Source: Alphaproteobacteria bacterium (GTDB taxonomy: Bacteria; Pseudomonadota; Alphaproteobacteria; GCA-2731375). Taken from it: 64,000 bases of DNA. How positions within the stretch are numbered: the stretch's first letter is position 1; every line of letters starts with the position of its first letter. Under the pieces are notes generated by a model. It saw nothing but the letters and a program-made list of their open reading frames with translations, searched no databases and was not told where the DNA came from. Below, one piece after another: positions 55,901 to 64,000 of this stretch. A program made the position numbers and the translations under genes. The stretch spans positions 84,104 through 148,103 of the forward strand of contig CBDDBZ010000028.1 in assembly GCA_965225945.1 (NCBI GenBank), read 5' to 3'.

Positions 55901-56220
55901 AATAACCCCTTCTCTGGCTTTCGGTTTGCGCACCTTCCGGTGCCTACATGATGGTCGGAGGACGAGCCTCGCCTGGCTCGGCGAGTCGCCCGCTTCGCGA
56001 AGTCGGGCAGTGGGTCGAGGTTCCAATCCTCCATCGCGGTGGCACGCATGATCGGAGAACCTGATGGCCCTAAAGCACATACGCACCTGGAAACGAGGAA
56101 CTTCACCTTGCAAGAGTCTCCCGAGATTTGATCGTCGAACACCATGCTGCACCATGCGTTGGCACGCCCGGCCGCGAGGCGGTCGCCTGATCAGCCCAAC
56201 GAGACGCTATGGGAAATAGG

Positions 56221-56235
56221 TTAATTATTATTTAC
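56221..56235. promoter_or_regulatory. possible CtrA box upstream of the CA-MCP pair
   Basis: TTAA-N7-TTAC, one mismatch to TTAA-N7-TTAA. Confidence 0.3.
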
Positions 56236-56247
56236 CGGCGCCCCAGT

Positions 56248-56363
56248 TCCGAAGTTTGGTAACTGCCCAGGTAGCTGATTTCGATGAGGCTGCGGATTGG
56301 GTCTCTCCGAAGTTTGGTAACTGCCCAGGTAGCTGATTTCGATGAGGCTGCGGATTGGGTCTC
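56248..56363 (+). repeat. 58-bp tandem duplication spanning the IS66 left junction
   Basis: TCCGAAGTTTGGTAACTGCCCAGG...GGGTCTC twice in tandem. Confidence 0.92.
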
Positions 56364-56390
56364 TGGGGCAGATTTTGTGGGTTTGGGGCG

Positions 56391-56509
56391 CTGACGGCCT
56401 AGATTTCGTTTGACAGAGGGTGGTTGATCGATTCTAAGGATTCGATGGATAGGGATGTTCTTGCCTGACGGCCTAGATTTCGTTTGACAGAGGGTGGTTG
56501 ATCGATTCT
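56391..56509 (+). repeat. 45-bp direct repeat (56391-56435 = 56465-56509)
   Basis: CTGACGGCCTAGATTTCG...GATCGATTCT; the second copy interrupts the probable transposase start (ATG 56445). Confidence 0.9.
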
Positions 56510-57404
56510 GATTCGAAAGACGAGCTGATCGATGTGGTGCTGGCCCAAGGGTCGCGGCTCGCCGAGTTCGAACTCCGGCTTGGTGAACTCGAGCGCCGGC
56601 TTGGCCTGAACAGCACGAACAGCGGCAAGCCACCGTCGAGCGATGGATTGAACAAGCCACCGGCGGGTAAAAAGAAGGGGGATTATAAAGACTACTTGAT
56701 ATTAGCTGACTGACTCCCTATATTCCAAGGTGTTGGAAGGGAGACACGGACATGACGCAGAAAGCCCCAGGCAAAGCCCATCGCGAAGGCGTTACGCTGG
56801 TCCAGCTCATGGACATGTTCCCGGATGAGGCTGCCGCGACGGCATGGTTCGAGTCCGTTATCTGGCGTGACGGCGAGCGGCATTGCGGCAAGTGCGGGAG
56901 CGTTCGGACGCGCGAAGTCCCGAACGCCAAACCGATGCCCTATTGGTGCTCTGACTGCCGGTCGTATTTCAGCGTCCGCACCGGAACGCCGATTGCCCGC
57001 TCCAACGTCCCGCTTCGCAAGTGGGCCATCGCCATCTACTTGTGCCTTACCAGCCTTAAAAGCGTCGCCAGCATGAAACTGTCCCGCGATATCGGCGTAT
57101 CCCAGCCTACAGCTTGGTTCATGTTGCACCGTATCCGTGAAGCGTGGGCGGGCGAGAACGGCGAACCTTTCGACGGCCCGGTCGAGGTAGACGAAACTTA
57201 CTTTGGCGGCAAGCGCAAGAACATGAGCAAGGCCAAGCGCAAAGAGTTGGCGGGCACCGGACGTGGTGCAGTTGGCAAGACCGCCGTTGTTGGTATGAAA
57301 GACCGCGACAGCAACAAAGTGACGGCCCGTGTCGTTGACGACTGTCAATCGGCGTTGAACATTGACCCCCTATCGGCGTGCAATGTTGACCCCTTTGGGG
57401 ATGC

Positions 57405-57458
57405 ACGGCGGAGGTCGTACAGGTAGTCCATACGGCGGAGGTCGTACAGGTAGTCCAT
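57405..57458 (+). repeat. 27-bp tandem duplication near the IS21 end
   Basis: ACGGCGGAGGTCGTACAGGTAGTCCAT x2. Confidence 0.9.
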
Positions 57459-57572
57459 AGGAGGGGCCCGCGCGCGGGCCGACGCGCCCACCACGCGGCT
57501 GGCGGCGGACCGCGCGTGGGAGGTTCCTGTGGGCCCACCTGGGCGACCGGGCGGCAGGTGGATCGGTTGCCT

Positions 57573-58301
57573 TTAGGACCGATTCTTGAAGCGCCAGGAG
57601 TCGTTTCCGGTCTCGATGATCTCGCAGTGGTGCGTCAGACGATCGAGGAGCGCGGTGGTCATCTTGGCGTCGCCGAAGACGGACGGCCATTCGCCGAAGG
57701 TCAGGTTGGTGGTGACGATGATCGAGGTGCGCTCGTAGAGCCGGCTGACGAGGTGGAACAGCAGCTGGCCTCCGGTTTGGGCGAAGGGCAGGTAGCCGAG
57801 CTCGTCGAGGATGACGAGGTCGCGCCGGGCCAGCTGATCGGCGAGCCGGCCCTGGCGGCCGGCGCGGGCTTCGGCCTCGAGCCGGTTGACCAGGTCGACG
57901 ACGTTGAAGAAGCGGCCCCGGGCGCCATCGCGGATGCAGGCCCGCGCGATGGCGACGGCGAGATGGCTCTTGCCGGTGCCGGTGCCGCCGATCAGCACGG
58001 CGTTGCGCTGGTTGGCCAGGAAGCCGCCGACCGCCAACTCGCGGACCAGCGGCTCGTTGACCGGGGTGTCGGTGAAGTCGAAGTCGGCCAGCTCCTTGGC
58101 CAGCGGCAGCTTGGCGCCACTCATCTGGTACTTGATGGATCGCGCCTGCTTGTCGGCGATCTCGGCCTTCAACAGCTCGCCGATGATTCGCTGCATCGGA
58201 TGCTGGCGCTTGAGGCCGTCGGCGAGCACCTCGTCGAACGCGTCGCGCATGCCGGCGAGCTTGAGTGCGGCCATCATCTCCAGGACCTCATGGCGCTCCA
58301 T
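57573..58301 (-). CDS. istB: IS21 helper ATPase
   Basis: [33 protein letters not shown]. Confidence 0.96.
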   Translation of the reverse strand: MERHEVLEMMAALKLAGMRDAFDEVLADGLKRQHPMQRIIGELLKAEIADKQARSIKYQMSGAKLPLAKELADFDFTDTPVNEPLVRELAVGGFLANQRNAVLIGGTGTGKSHLAVAIARACIRDGARGRFFNVVDLVNRLEAEARAGRQGRLADQLARRDLVILDELGYLPFAQTGGQLLFHLVSRLYERTSIIVTTNLTFGEWPSVFGDAKMTTALLDRLTHHCEIIETGNDSWRFKNRS

Positions 58302-59799
58302 GGCCGACCCCCCTCAAGCGGTCGTAGCGGGTGCAATCGGCCACCGGCTCAAAGCGAAGACGCAGGTTCGCGGGCGTCGGGATCGGCGCCGTCTCGGACG
58401 GCTGGCGCCGACGATTGAGGATGTTGAGCACGACGTCGGCGCTGCACACGCCGCCAGCGAGCGCCTCGGCACAGGCGGCCTCCACCGCCGCCAGCCCATC
58501 CGCCAGCACGGCGGTGAGGATCTCGACCATCTGCCTGTCGCCGTCGTCGTGGCCGGCGAGCCGGACGCGCACGCGACCCAGGGCGCCGGGCAGCGCCCAG
58601 TCCTTGAACGGCGCGCCGTTACGAAGCGCACCGGGCTTCCTCGCCAGCACGGGCACGTAGTGCCACGGGTCATAGACGGTCTGGTCGCGGCCGAAGCGCC
58701 GGGCATGCTCGGCGACGATCTCGCCGTCCTGGCGGATGACGATGCGATCGGCGTAGGCATGGACCTCGACCGGACGGCCGACGGCGCGCGCCGCCACGCT
58801 GTACTTGTTGCTGTCGAAGCGCACCAGGCAGGTCTTCGACACCGACGCCGGGACCGCGTGGAAGCCGTCGAACGGCCCGCGATAGCCGACCAGGGACGGA
58901 CGCTCGTCCTCGAACACCTGCCAGACAGTCCTGTCCTTGAACACCGGGTGGGGATGACGCCGGGCGTAGGCGACGCACTGGTCCAAGAGCCAGGCGTTGA
59001 GCTCGTCGTAGGTCTTGAAGCGCAGCCGCGGGGTGAAGAACCGACCGCGGATGATCCCGACCTGGTTCTCGACCTGCCCCTTCTCCCATCCCGCTCCCGG
59101 CGTGCATGCTGTCGGTTCGACCAGGTAGTGGCCACACATCTGCACGAAGCGCCGGTTGAACGCGCGCTCCTTGCCGATGAGGACGGTCTGCACCGCCGTC
59201 TTCATGTTGTCGTAGATGCCTCGCCGGCAGGCACCCTGGAACAGCCGGAATGCCCGGTCGTGGGCGTCGAACACCATCTCCTGGCTCTCGCGCGGATAAG
59301 CGCGGACGAAGAACATTCGGCTGTGGCACAGCCGGACGTGCGCGACCTTGACCTTGGTCGTCACCCCCGCCAGCACCACGTACTCGTGGCTCCAGTCGAA
59401 CTGATAGGCCTCGCCCGGCGAGAACACCAACGGCACATAGGTCTGCGCCGTCGATGCCGAACGGCGCCACCGCCACGCCTTGGCGTAGCGCCGCACCGCG
59501 TCGTAGCCGCCGCCATAGCCCAGACCCTCGAGGGCTTCGGAGATCCGTAGCAGCGTCAGCCGCTCCCGCTTCGACTTGGTCTCGTTGGCCTCCAGCATCC
59601 GCTCCAGCTCGGCCGTCCACGGCCCCAGCTTCGGCATCGGCTGGACCCGCCGGTCGTAGGTGAACGCCGTCGCCTGCGAACGGATCACCTTGCGCACCGT
59701 GTTGCCCGAGACCTTCACGTCCCGCACGATCTCCTTGATCGGCTTCCCCTTGACGAAATACTCCCGCCGGATCCGCGCTATCGTCTCCACGACCAACAT
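58288..59799 (-). CDS. istA: IS21 transposase
   Basis: [32 protein letters not shown]. Confidence 0.96.
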   Translation of the reverse strand: MLVVETIARIRREYFVKGKPIKEIVRDVKVSGNTVRKVIRSQATAFTYDRRVQPMPKLGPWTAELERMLEANETKSKRERLTLLRISEALEGLGYGGGYDAVRRYAKAWRWRRSASTAQTYVPLVFSPGEAYQFDWSHEYVVLAGVTTKVKVAHVRLCHSRMFFVRAYPRESQEMVFDAHDRAFRLFQGACRRGIYDNMKTAVQTVLIGKERAFNRRFVQMCGHYLVEPTACTPGAGWEKGQVENQVGIIRGRFFTPRLRFKTYDELNAWLLDQCVAYARRHPHPVFKDRTVWQVFEDERPSLVGYRGPFDGFHAVPASVSKTCLVRFDSNKYSVAARAVGRPVEVHAYADRIVIRQDGEIVAEHARRFGRDQTVYDPWHYVPVLARKPGALRNGAPFKDWALPGALGRVRVRLAGHDDGDRQMVEILTAVLADGLAAVEAACAEALAGGVCSADVVLNILNRRRQPSETAPIPTPANLRLRFEPVADCTRYDRLRGVGHGAP

Positions 59800-60469
59800 C
59801 CCCCACCACCTCGTCCGCCCAAAAACGAGGTGACTTGGACTAGCCAGGCTCAGGGGGTCAAATTTGGACGCCGATCACCCCTCAACAGGGGTCAACTTTG
59901 CACGCCGTTCCACATTGACGACACAGATGGCCAGACATTGCAGGGGTTCGTCGCGGATCACGCCGCGTCCGATGCCAAGGTCTACACGGACGATCATGGC
60001 TCCTATAAGGGGCTGACTTTCGACCACGAAACCGTCAAAGACAGCGTTGGCGAGTACGTTGACGGCATGGCGCATACCAACGGTATTGAAAGCTTCTGGA
60101 GCATGCTCAAGCGCGCCCACAAAGGAACCTTCCACAAGATCAGTCCGAAGCATCTTGACCGTTACGTCCAGGAGTTCGCTGGCAAGCACAACATCCGCGA
60201 CTCAGGCACTCTTGCCCAAATGCGGGACACTGTTGCCCGGCTCGTCGGTCGAAACCTTCTCTACCGCGACCTCGTCTCCAGCAACGGGCTTTCCAACGCG
60301 GGGCGGTAGCGGCTCGGTTCGGCGAAAGAGCGCCTTCGCCAGTTTCTCCGGGGTCGCACCCTTCAGGTGCACCGCCGGGTCGAGAACAGGGACGCCTCGG
60401 GTCATTGTGCGGCCCTCCATTCGGCCATCGTCTTGTTGCCCGTGCTCTGGGCCGCTGGCGAAGTTGGGT

Positions 60470-60862
60470 CTAGTCATCTGATCTGAATCTCAGATTGGGA
60501 TCTCTCATAATATTCCTCGCCACCTTCAGATTGCCGTCTTTACATGAATCAATCAGCAGCGCCATATAGTGAAGCCAAATCCTTACCGTGTCGGCGTCTA
60601 TTTCAGGACAGTCAATGTTAAACGTTCCTGTGATGCGTTCCACGTCTCGTTTTGCCAAGTAGTGATTATGCGTAAATCCGTCAGGAGAGACGTCAGGACT
60701 TTCGAGAACTCGAAATATATCCGCTAGTTTCCATGAGAACGTCCAAAAGAGAGTGCGATCGAAACACGGACACCGATGCAGGCGGAGCATTAATAAGAAG
60801 CGCCTCACGACCGCCCCCACCTCTTTGACCGTAATGGGGAGGGATGCCTCGGTTCCAAACAT
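60470..60862 (-). CDS. hypothetical passenger protein in IS1595
   Basis: 130-aa ORF in visibly lower-GC DNA between the transposase and the right IR; start uncertain. Confidence 0.5.
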   Translation of the reverse strand: MFGTEASLPITVKEVGAVVRRFLLMLRLHRCPCFDRTLFWTFSWKLADIFRVLESPDVSPDGFTHNHYLAKRDVERITGTFNIDCPEIDADTVRIWLHYMALLIDSCKDGNLKVARNIMRDPNLRFRSDD

Positions 60863-62441
60863 CCGTCCATCATGCGGATTTCCCGCAGGGCGTCAAGTAA
60901 TATTCATAATCCCCAAAAGAAGCGCACCAGGAGCCTCCGTAAGAAATCGGCCCGCAAGCCGGGCGGGCAAAAGGGCCACAAGGGCGAGACCCTGCGCCAA
61001 GTCGCCGATCCCGACGCCACCGTCGACCATTATCCCGAGACGTGCCAGTGGTGTGGTTCGGGATTGACGCCGGATATGGCTACCGGCCATGGGGCCCGCC
61101 AGGTTTTCGATCTACCCGAGCCCCGGCCCCTGGTGGTCACGGAGCATCGGGCGCATCGCTGCCGTTGCGGGCATTGCGGCACGTACACTCGGGCTTCTTT
61201 TCCCGTCGCCATCACCGGCCCGGTTCAATACGGCGCTCGGATCGGAGCCATGGTGGTCTACCTGTCGCACTACCAACTCCTGCCCGAGGACCGCCTGGCT
61301 GAATTGATGAAGGATCTGTTCGGGGCGGAACTGTCTCCGGCGAGCCTCGCGCGGAGGGGCGGGAACAGCGCCGAGTCCGTCCAAGGCGTCGTCGATGTGA
61401 TCCGCGAACTGGTGAAATCGGCGCCGGTCAAGCACATGGACGAGACCGGCTTGCGGATCGCCGGGCGGACCCAATGGTTGCACGTCGCCTCGACCGCGCG
61501 GTTGACCTTCTATCGGGTCTCGGAGCGACGCGGCAGCCTGCTCGGCGGAGTCGGCGGCATCGTCGTCCATGACCACTGGAAGCCGTACTTTACGATGGAG
61601 GGCGTACGGCACGCGCTGTGCAACGCCCATCACCTGCGCGAGTTGCAAGCCCTGATCGAGATCGAGAAGGAGGGCTGGGCACGCAAGATGCAGAGACTAT
61701 TGCGCCGCGCCTGCCACGCGGTAAATCTCGCCCGGGAGCGGGGCGTGGCGCTGAAACCAGGCCTCGTCGAGCGCTTCCGAGGGTGTTACGACGCGATCAC
61801 GGCCGAGGGCATCGCCTTTCACGAGGCACAACCTCCTCTTGCGCCCAGATCGAGCAAGGCCAAGCGCCGGGGAAGCAAGCCGCGCCGCACCGGGCACAAC
61901 CTTCTCCGGCGCCTTCAGACACACAAGGAAGACGCGCTGCGCTTCCTCATCAATTTCGCCGTGCCGTTCACCAACAATCAGGCCGAGCAGGACGGGCGCA
62001 TGATGAAGGTCAAGCAGAAAATCTCCGGCGGCTTCCGCAGCCAGAAAGGCGCCGAAGACTTTGCCACCGTCCGCGGCTTCATCTCGACCGCCAGAAAACA
62101 GGGCTGGAACATCATCCAGGCGCTCATGGAAAATCCCGAAACCCTGATCGAGCGTCTCCACGCCGCCTAAAAGGCCACCATGTACCTGGGCAGTTACGAA
62201 GTTTGATTGATTCCCGCCCGCTGTCGTGCGGCTTCGGCCGTTCCGAGGCGGACCCAGTGGCTGGCGGGACCGGGGATGTCCGGCGGCGAGGGTGCCCGGC
62301 GCGCCGGAGACCTACGCCACCCACTCGCGCCCCTGGCCGCCCCCCTGGTTGCCTTCGTCGCCTTCGCCGCCTCCCTCGATTGCGGCAAGCGCGATCGCGA
62401 CCTAGGCTCACCCGGGTATCACCGACGGGAGGGACGACGTC

Positions 62442-63200
62442 ATGGGCAAATTGGACGGCAAGGTCGCGCTGATCAGCGGCGGGGCGCGGGGACAGGGAGC
62501 GGGCGAGGCCAGGCGGTTCGCCGAGGAAGGCGCCTCCGTGGTGTTCGGCGACATCCTCGACCAGGCGGGCCGCAAGGTCGAAGCGGAGATCCGGGCGGCC
62601 GGCGGCGGCGCCGTCTACGTCCATCTGGACGTGACGGAGGAGGCGGATTGGCGGGCCGCGGTCGAGACCGCCGTCAGCCGTTTCGGCAAGCTCGACATAT
62701 TGGTCAACAACGCCGCCATCGTCATCCCCCGCGTCGCCATCGAGGAGCGCGAGGTCGAGGAATGGGACCGGGTGATGGCGGTGAACGCGCGCGGCGTCTT
62801 CCTCGGCTGCAAGCATGCGATTCCGGCTCTGCGCGCGGCCGGCGGCGGCTCCATCATCAACGTCTCCTCGATCGCCGGCATCGGCCAGTCGAGCCATCAG
62901 GAGCCGGCCTACGCCGCCAGCAAGGGCGCGGTCAGAATCTTCTCCAAGGTCTGCGCGGCGCAGCACGCCAAGGACGGCATCCGCTGCAATTCCCTGCATC
63001 CCGGGCCGATCGACACCGAGATGCTGCACACCGCCATGGGCAACACCACGATGCTGGCCGATCGCCTGGCCCGCGTGCCGCTCGCCCGCTTGGGCACGGT
63101 GGACGAGGTGGTCGCGGGCGTGCTGTTCCTGGCCTCGGACGATTCATCCTACGTCACGGGCACGGAGCTGATCATCGACGGCGGCGCGCTCGCCTCTTGA
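62442..63200 (+). CDS. SDR family oxidoreductase (hydroxysteroid/cyclopentanol dehydrogenase-like)
   Basis: SGGARGQG, NNAA, YAASK, NSLHPG, IDGG. Confidence 0.92.
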   Translation: MGKLDGKVALISGGARGQGAGEARRFAEEGASVVFGDILDQAGRKVEAEIRAAGGGAVYVHLDVTEEADWRAAVETAVSRFGKLDILVNNAAIVIPRVAIEEREVEEWDRVMAVNARGVFLGCKHAIPALRAAGGGSIINVSSIAGIGQSSHQEPAYAASKGAVRIFSKVCAAQHAKDGIRCNSLHPGPIDTEMLHTAMGNTTMLADRLARVPLARLGTVDEVVAGVLFLASDDSSYVTGTELIIDGGALAS

Positions 63201-63303
63201 GGCCTGATCCGCCGACGCGCAATCGGGCGCCCAATCACCCGGCAACGGTATCCTCGCGGGTGGTTGGGCGCGGCGCGGCGCTTCGCTTCAAACCCGGAGC
63301 GCT

Positions 63304-64000
63304 CTAGTGTCCCGATTCCGAAGTTCGCATGATTTTCGCCTGCTGTTCAGCGATTTCGATTGTTCGGAGGCAGAAGCGCTGGATGGCGCCGAGGATGTAT
63401 CGGCGGATTTGGTCCATTTGAAGGGTTTGGGGTTCTGGTTTGTCGTGTCGATGTAGTCGAGGATGGTGCGCTCCAACTCCTTGGTGGAGCGATGGACGCC
63501 GCGCCTGATCTGCTTGTCGGTCAGCAGCCCGAACCAGCGCTCGACCTGGTTGAACCAGGAGGCGCTGGTGGGTGTGAAATGGGCCTGCCAGCGCGGCCGT
63601 TTGGCGAACCAGTCGCGGATCGCCTTGGTCTTGTGGGTCCCGTAGTTGTCCATGACGATGTGGATGTCGAGATCACCAGGGACGTTCGCCTCGACGAGGT
63701 CGAGGAATTTGCGGAACTCTCGGGCCCGATGGCGCGGGAAACATTTGCCGATGATCTCTCCCGTGGCGATGTCGAGGGCCGCGAAGAGAGAGGTCGTGCC
63801 GTGGCGCTTGTAGTCGTGGCTGCGCCGCTCCGCCTGCCCGGGGCGCATCGGCAAGAGGGGCTGGGAACGGTCCAAGGCCTGGATCTGGCTCTTTTCGTCG
63901 ACACAGAGAACCAGGGCACGATCCGGCGGCGCCAAATACAGACCGACGATGTCGCGGACCTTCTCCACGAAGAAGGGATCGCTCGACAGCTTGAAGGTCT
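63304..64000 (-). mobile_element. IS630 element copy 2 (partial, frameshifted near the C-terminus)
   Basis: Near-identical to 6180-6876 in inverted orientation; 1-bp deletion at about 63399 (GATGACATC to GATACATC); ends at CTAG. Confidence 0.93.

Larger units (their letters stand above)
57343..59914 (-). mobile_element. IS21-family element, inner member of the nest
   Basis: TG...CA ends, repeated GGCGT...TTGACCCC end motifs, 8-bp TSD TTGACGAC. Confidence 0.94.
56752..60309 (+). pseudogene. IS1595 transposase, split by IS21
   Basis: Zn ribbon and VEVDETYFGG up to 57342; resumes in frame at 59923 with YTDD and HTNGIESFWS. Confidence 0.92.
56678..60914 (+). mobile_element. IS1595-family element with passenger DNA, middle member of the nest
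   Basis: 22-bp IRs GGGGATTATAAAGACTACTTGA / GGGGATTATGAATATTACTTGA; 8-bp TSD AAAAGAAG. Confidence 0.92.
56445..62170 (+). pseudogene. IS66 transposase, split by the IS1595 insertion
   Basis: N-part LGLNSTNSGKPPSSDG..KPPAGKKK joins RTRSLRKKSARKPGGQKGH; then HMDETG, CNAHHLREL, FTNNQAEQ. Confidence 0.9.
56317..62197 (+). mobile_element. IS66-family (single-ORF type) element, outer member of the nest
   Basis: IR GTAACTGCCCAGGTA ... TACCTGGGCAGTTAC; 8-bp TSD GAAGTTTG (56309-56316 and 62198-62205). Confidence 0.92.

Noticed and set aside
55900-56220. Riboswitch or sigma54 promoter in the carbonic anhydrase leader
   Set aside because: No recognisable c-di-GMP riboswitch motif, and the TGGCAC sites lack a correctly spaced TTGC.
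56248-56509. Repeated 58-bp and 45-bp units as a possible CRISPR array
   Set aside because: Only two copies of each, no unique spacer series, no cas genes; they are duplicated IS66 end sequence.
57343-57460. Repeats at 57350-57458 as CRISPR or iterons
   Set aside because: Explained by IS21 terminal repeats plus one tandem duplication.

Overview
High-GC alphaproteobacterial chromosome segment. The gene set and protein sequences look Rhodospirillales-like; that assignment is inference. Core genes are argG (partial), ychF, an RpoH-type sigma factor, cysQ-like/pmbA, algH, a peroxiredoxin, ispG-hisS-prfA-prmC, clpB, mutM, dnaB and cfa, mixed with many stand-alone catabolic enzymes. Mobile DNA is abundant. 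There are two IS630 copies that share a conserved outside flank. An IS256 interrupts a chemoreceptor gene that sits right behind a Tat-exported alpha-carbonic anhydrase. A three-level nest (IS21 inside a cargo-carrying IS1595 inside an IS66) still has all three target-site duplications readable. Gene fragments, orphan subunits, short locally templated duplications at IS ends and three long perfect inverted repeats suggest a genome in early decay. No CRISPR array, rRNA or tRNA was recognised. The best candidates for undescribed biology are the carbonic anhydrase-MCP pair (possible CO2/pH taxis), the apparent motif-targeting of the IS630, and the IS1595 cargo ORF. Product calls come from motif recognition by eye; no searches were run.
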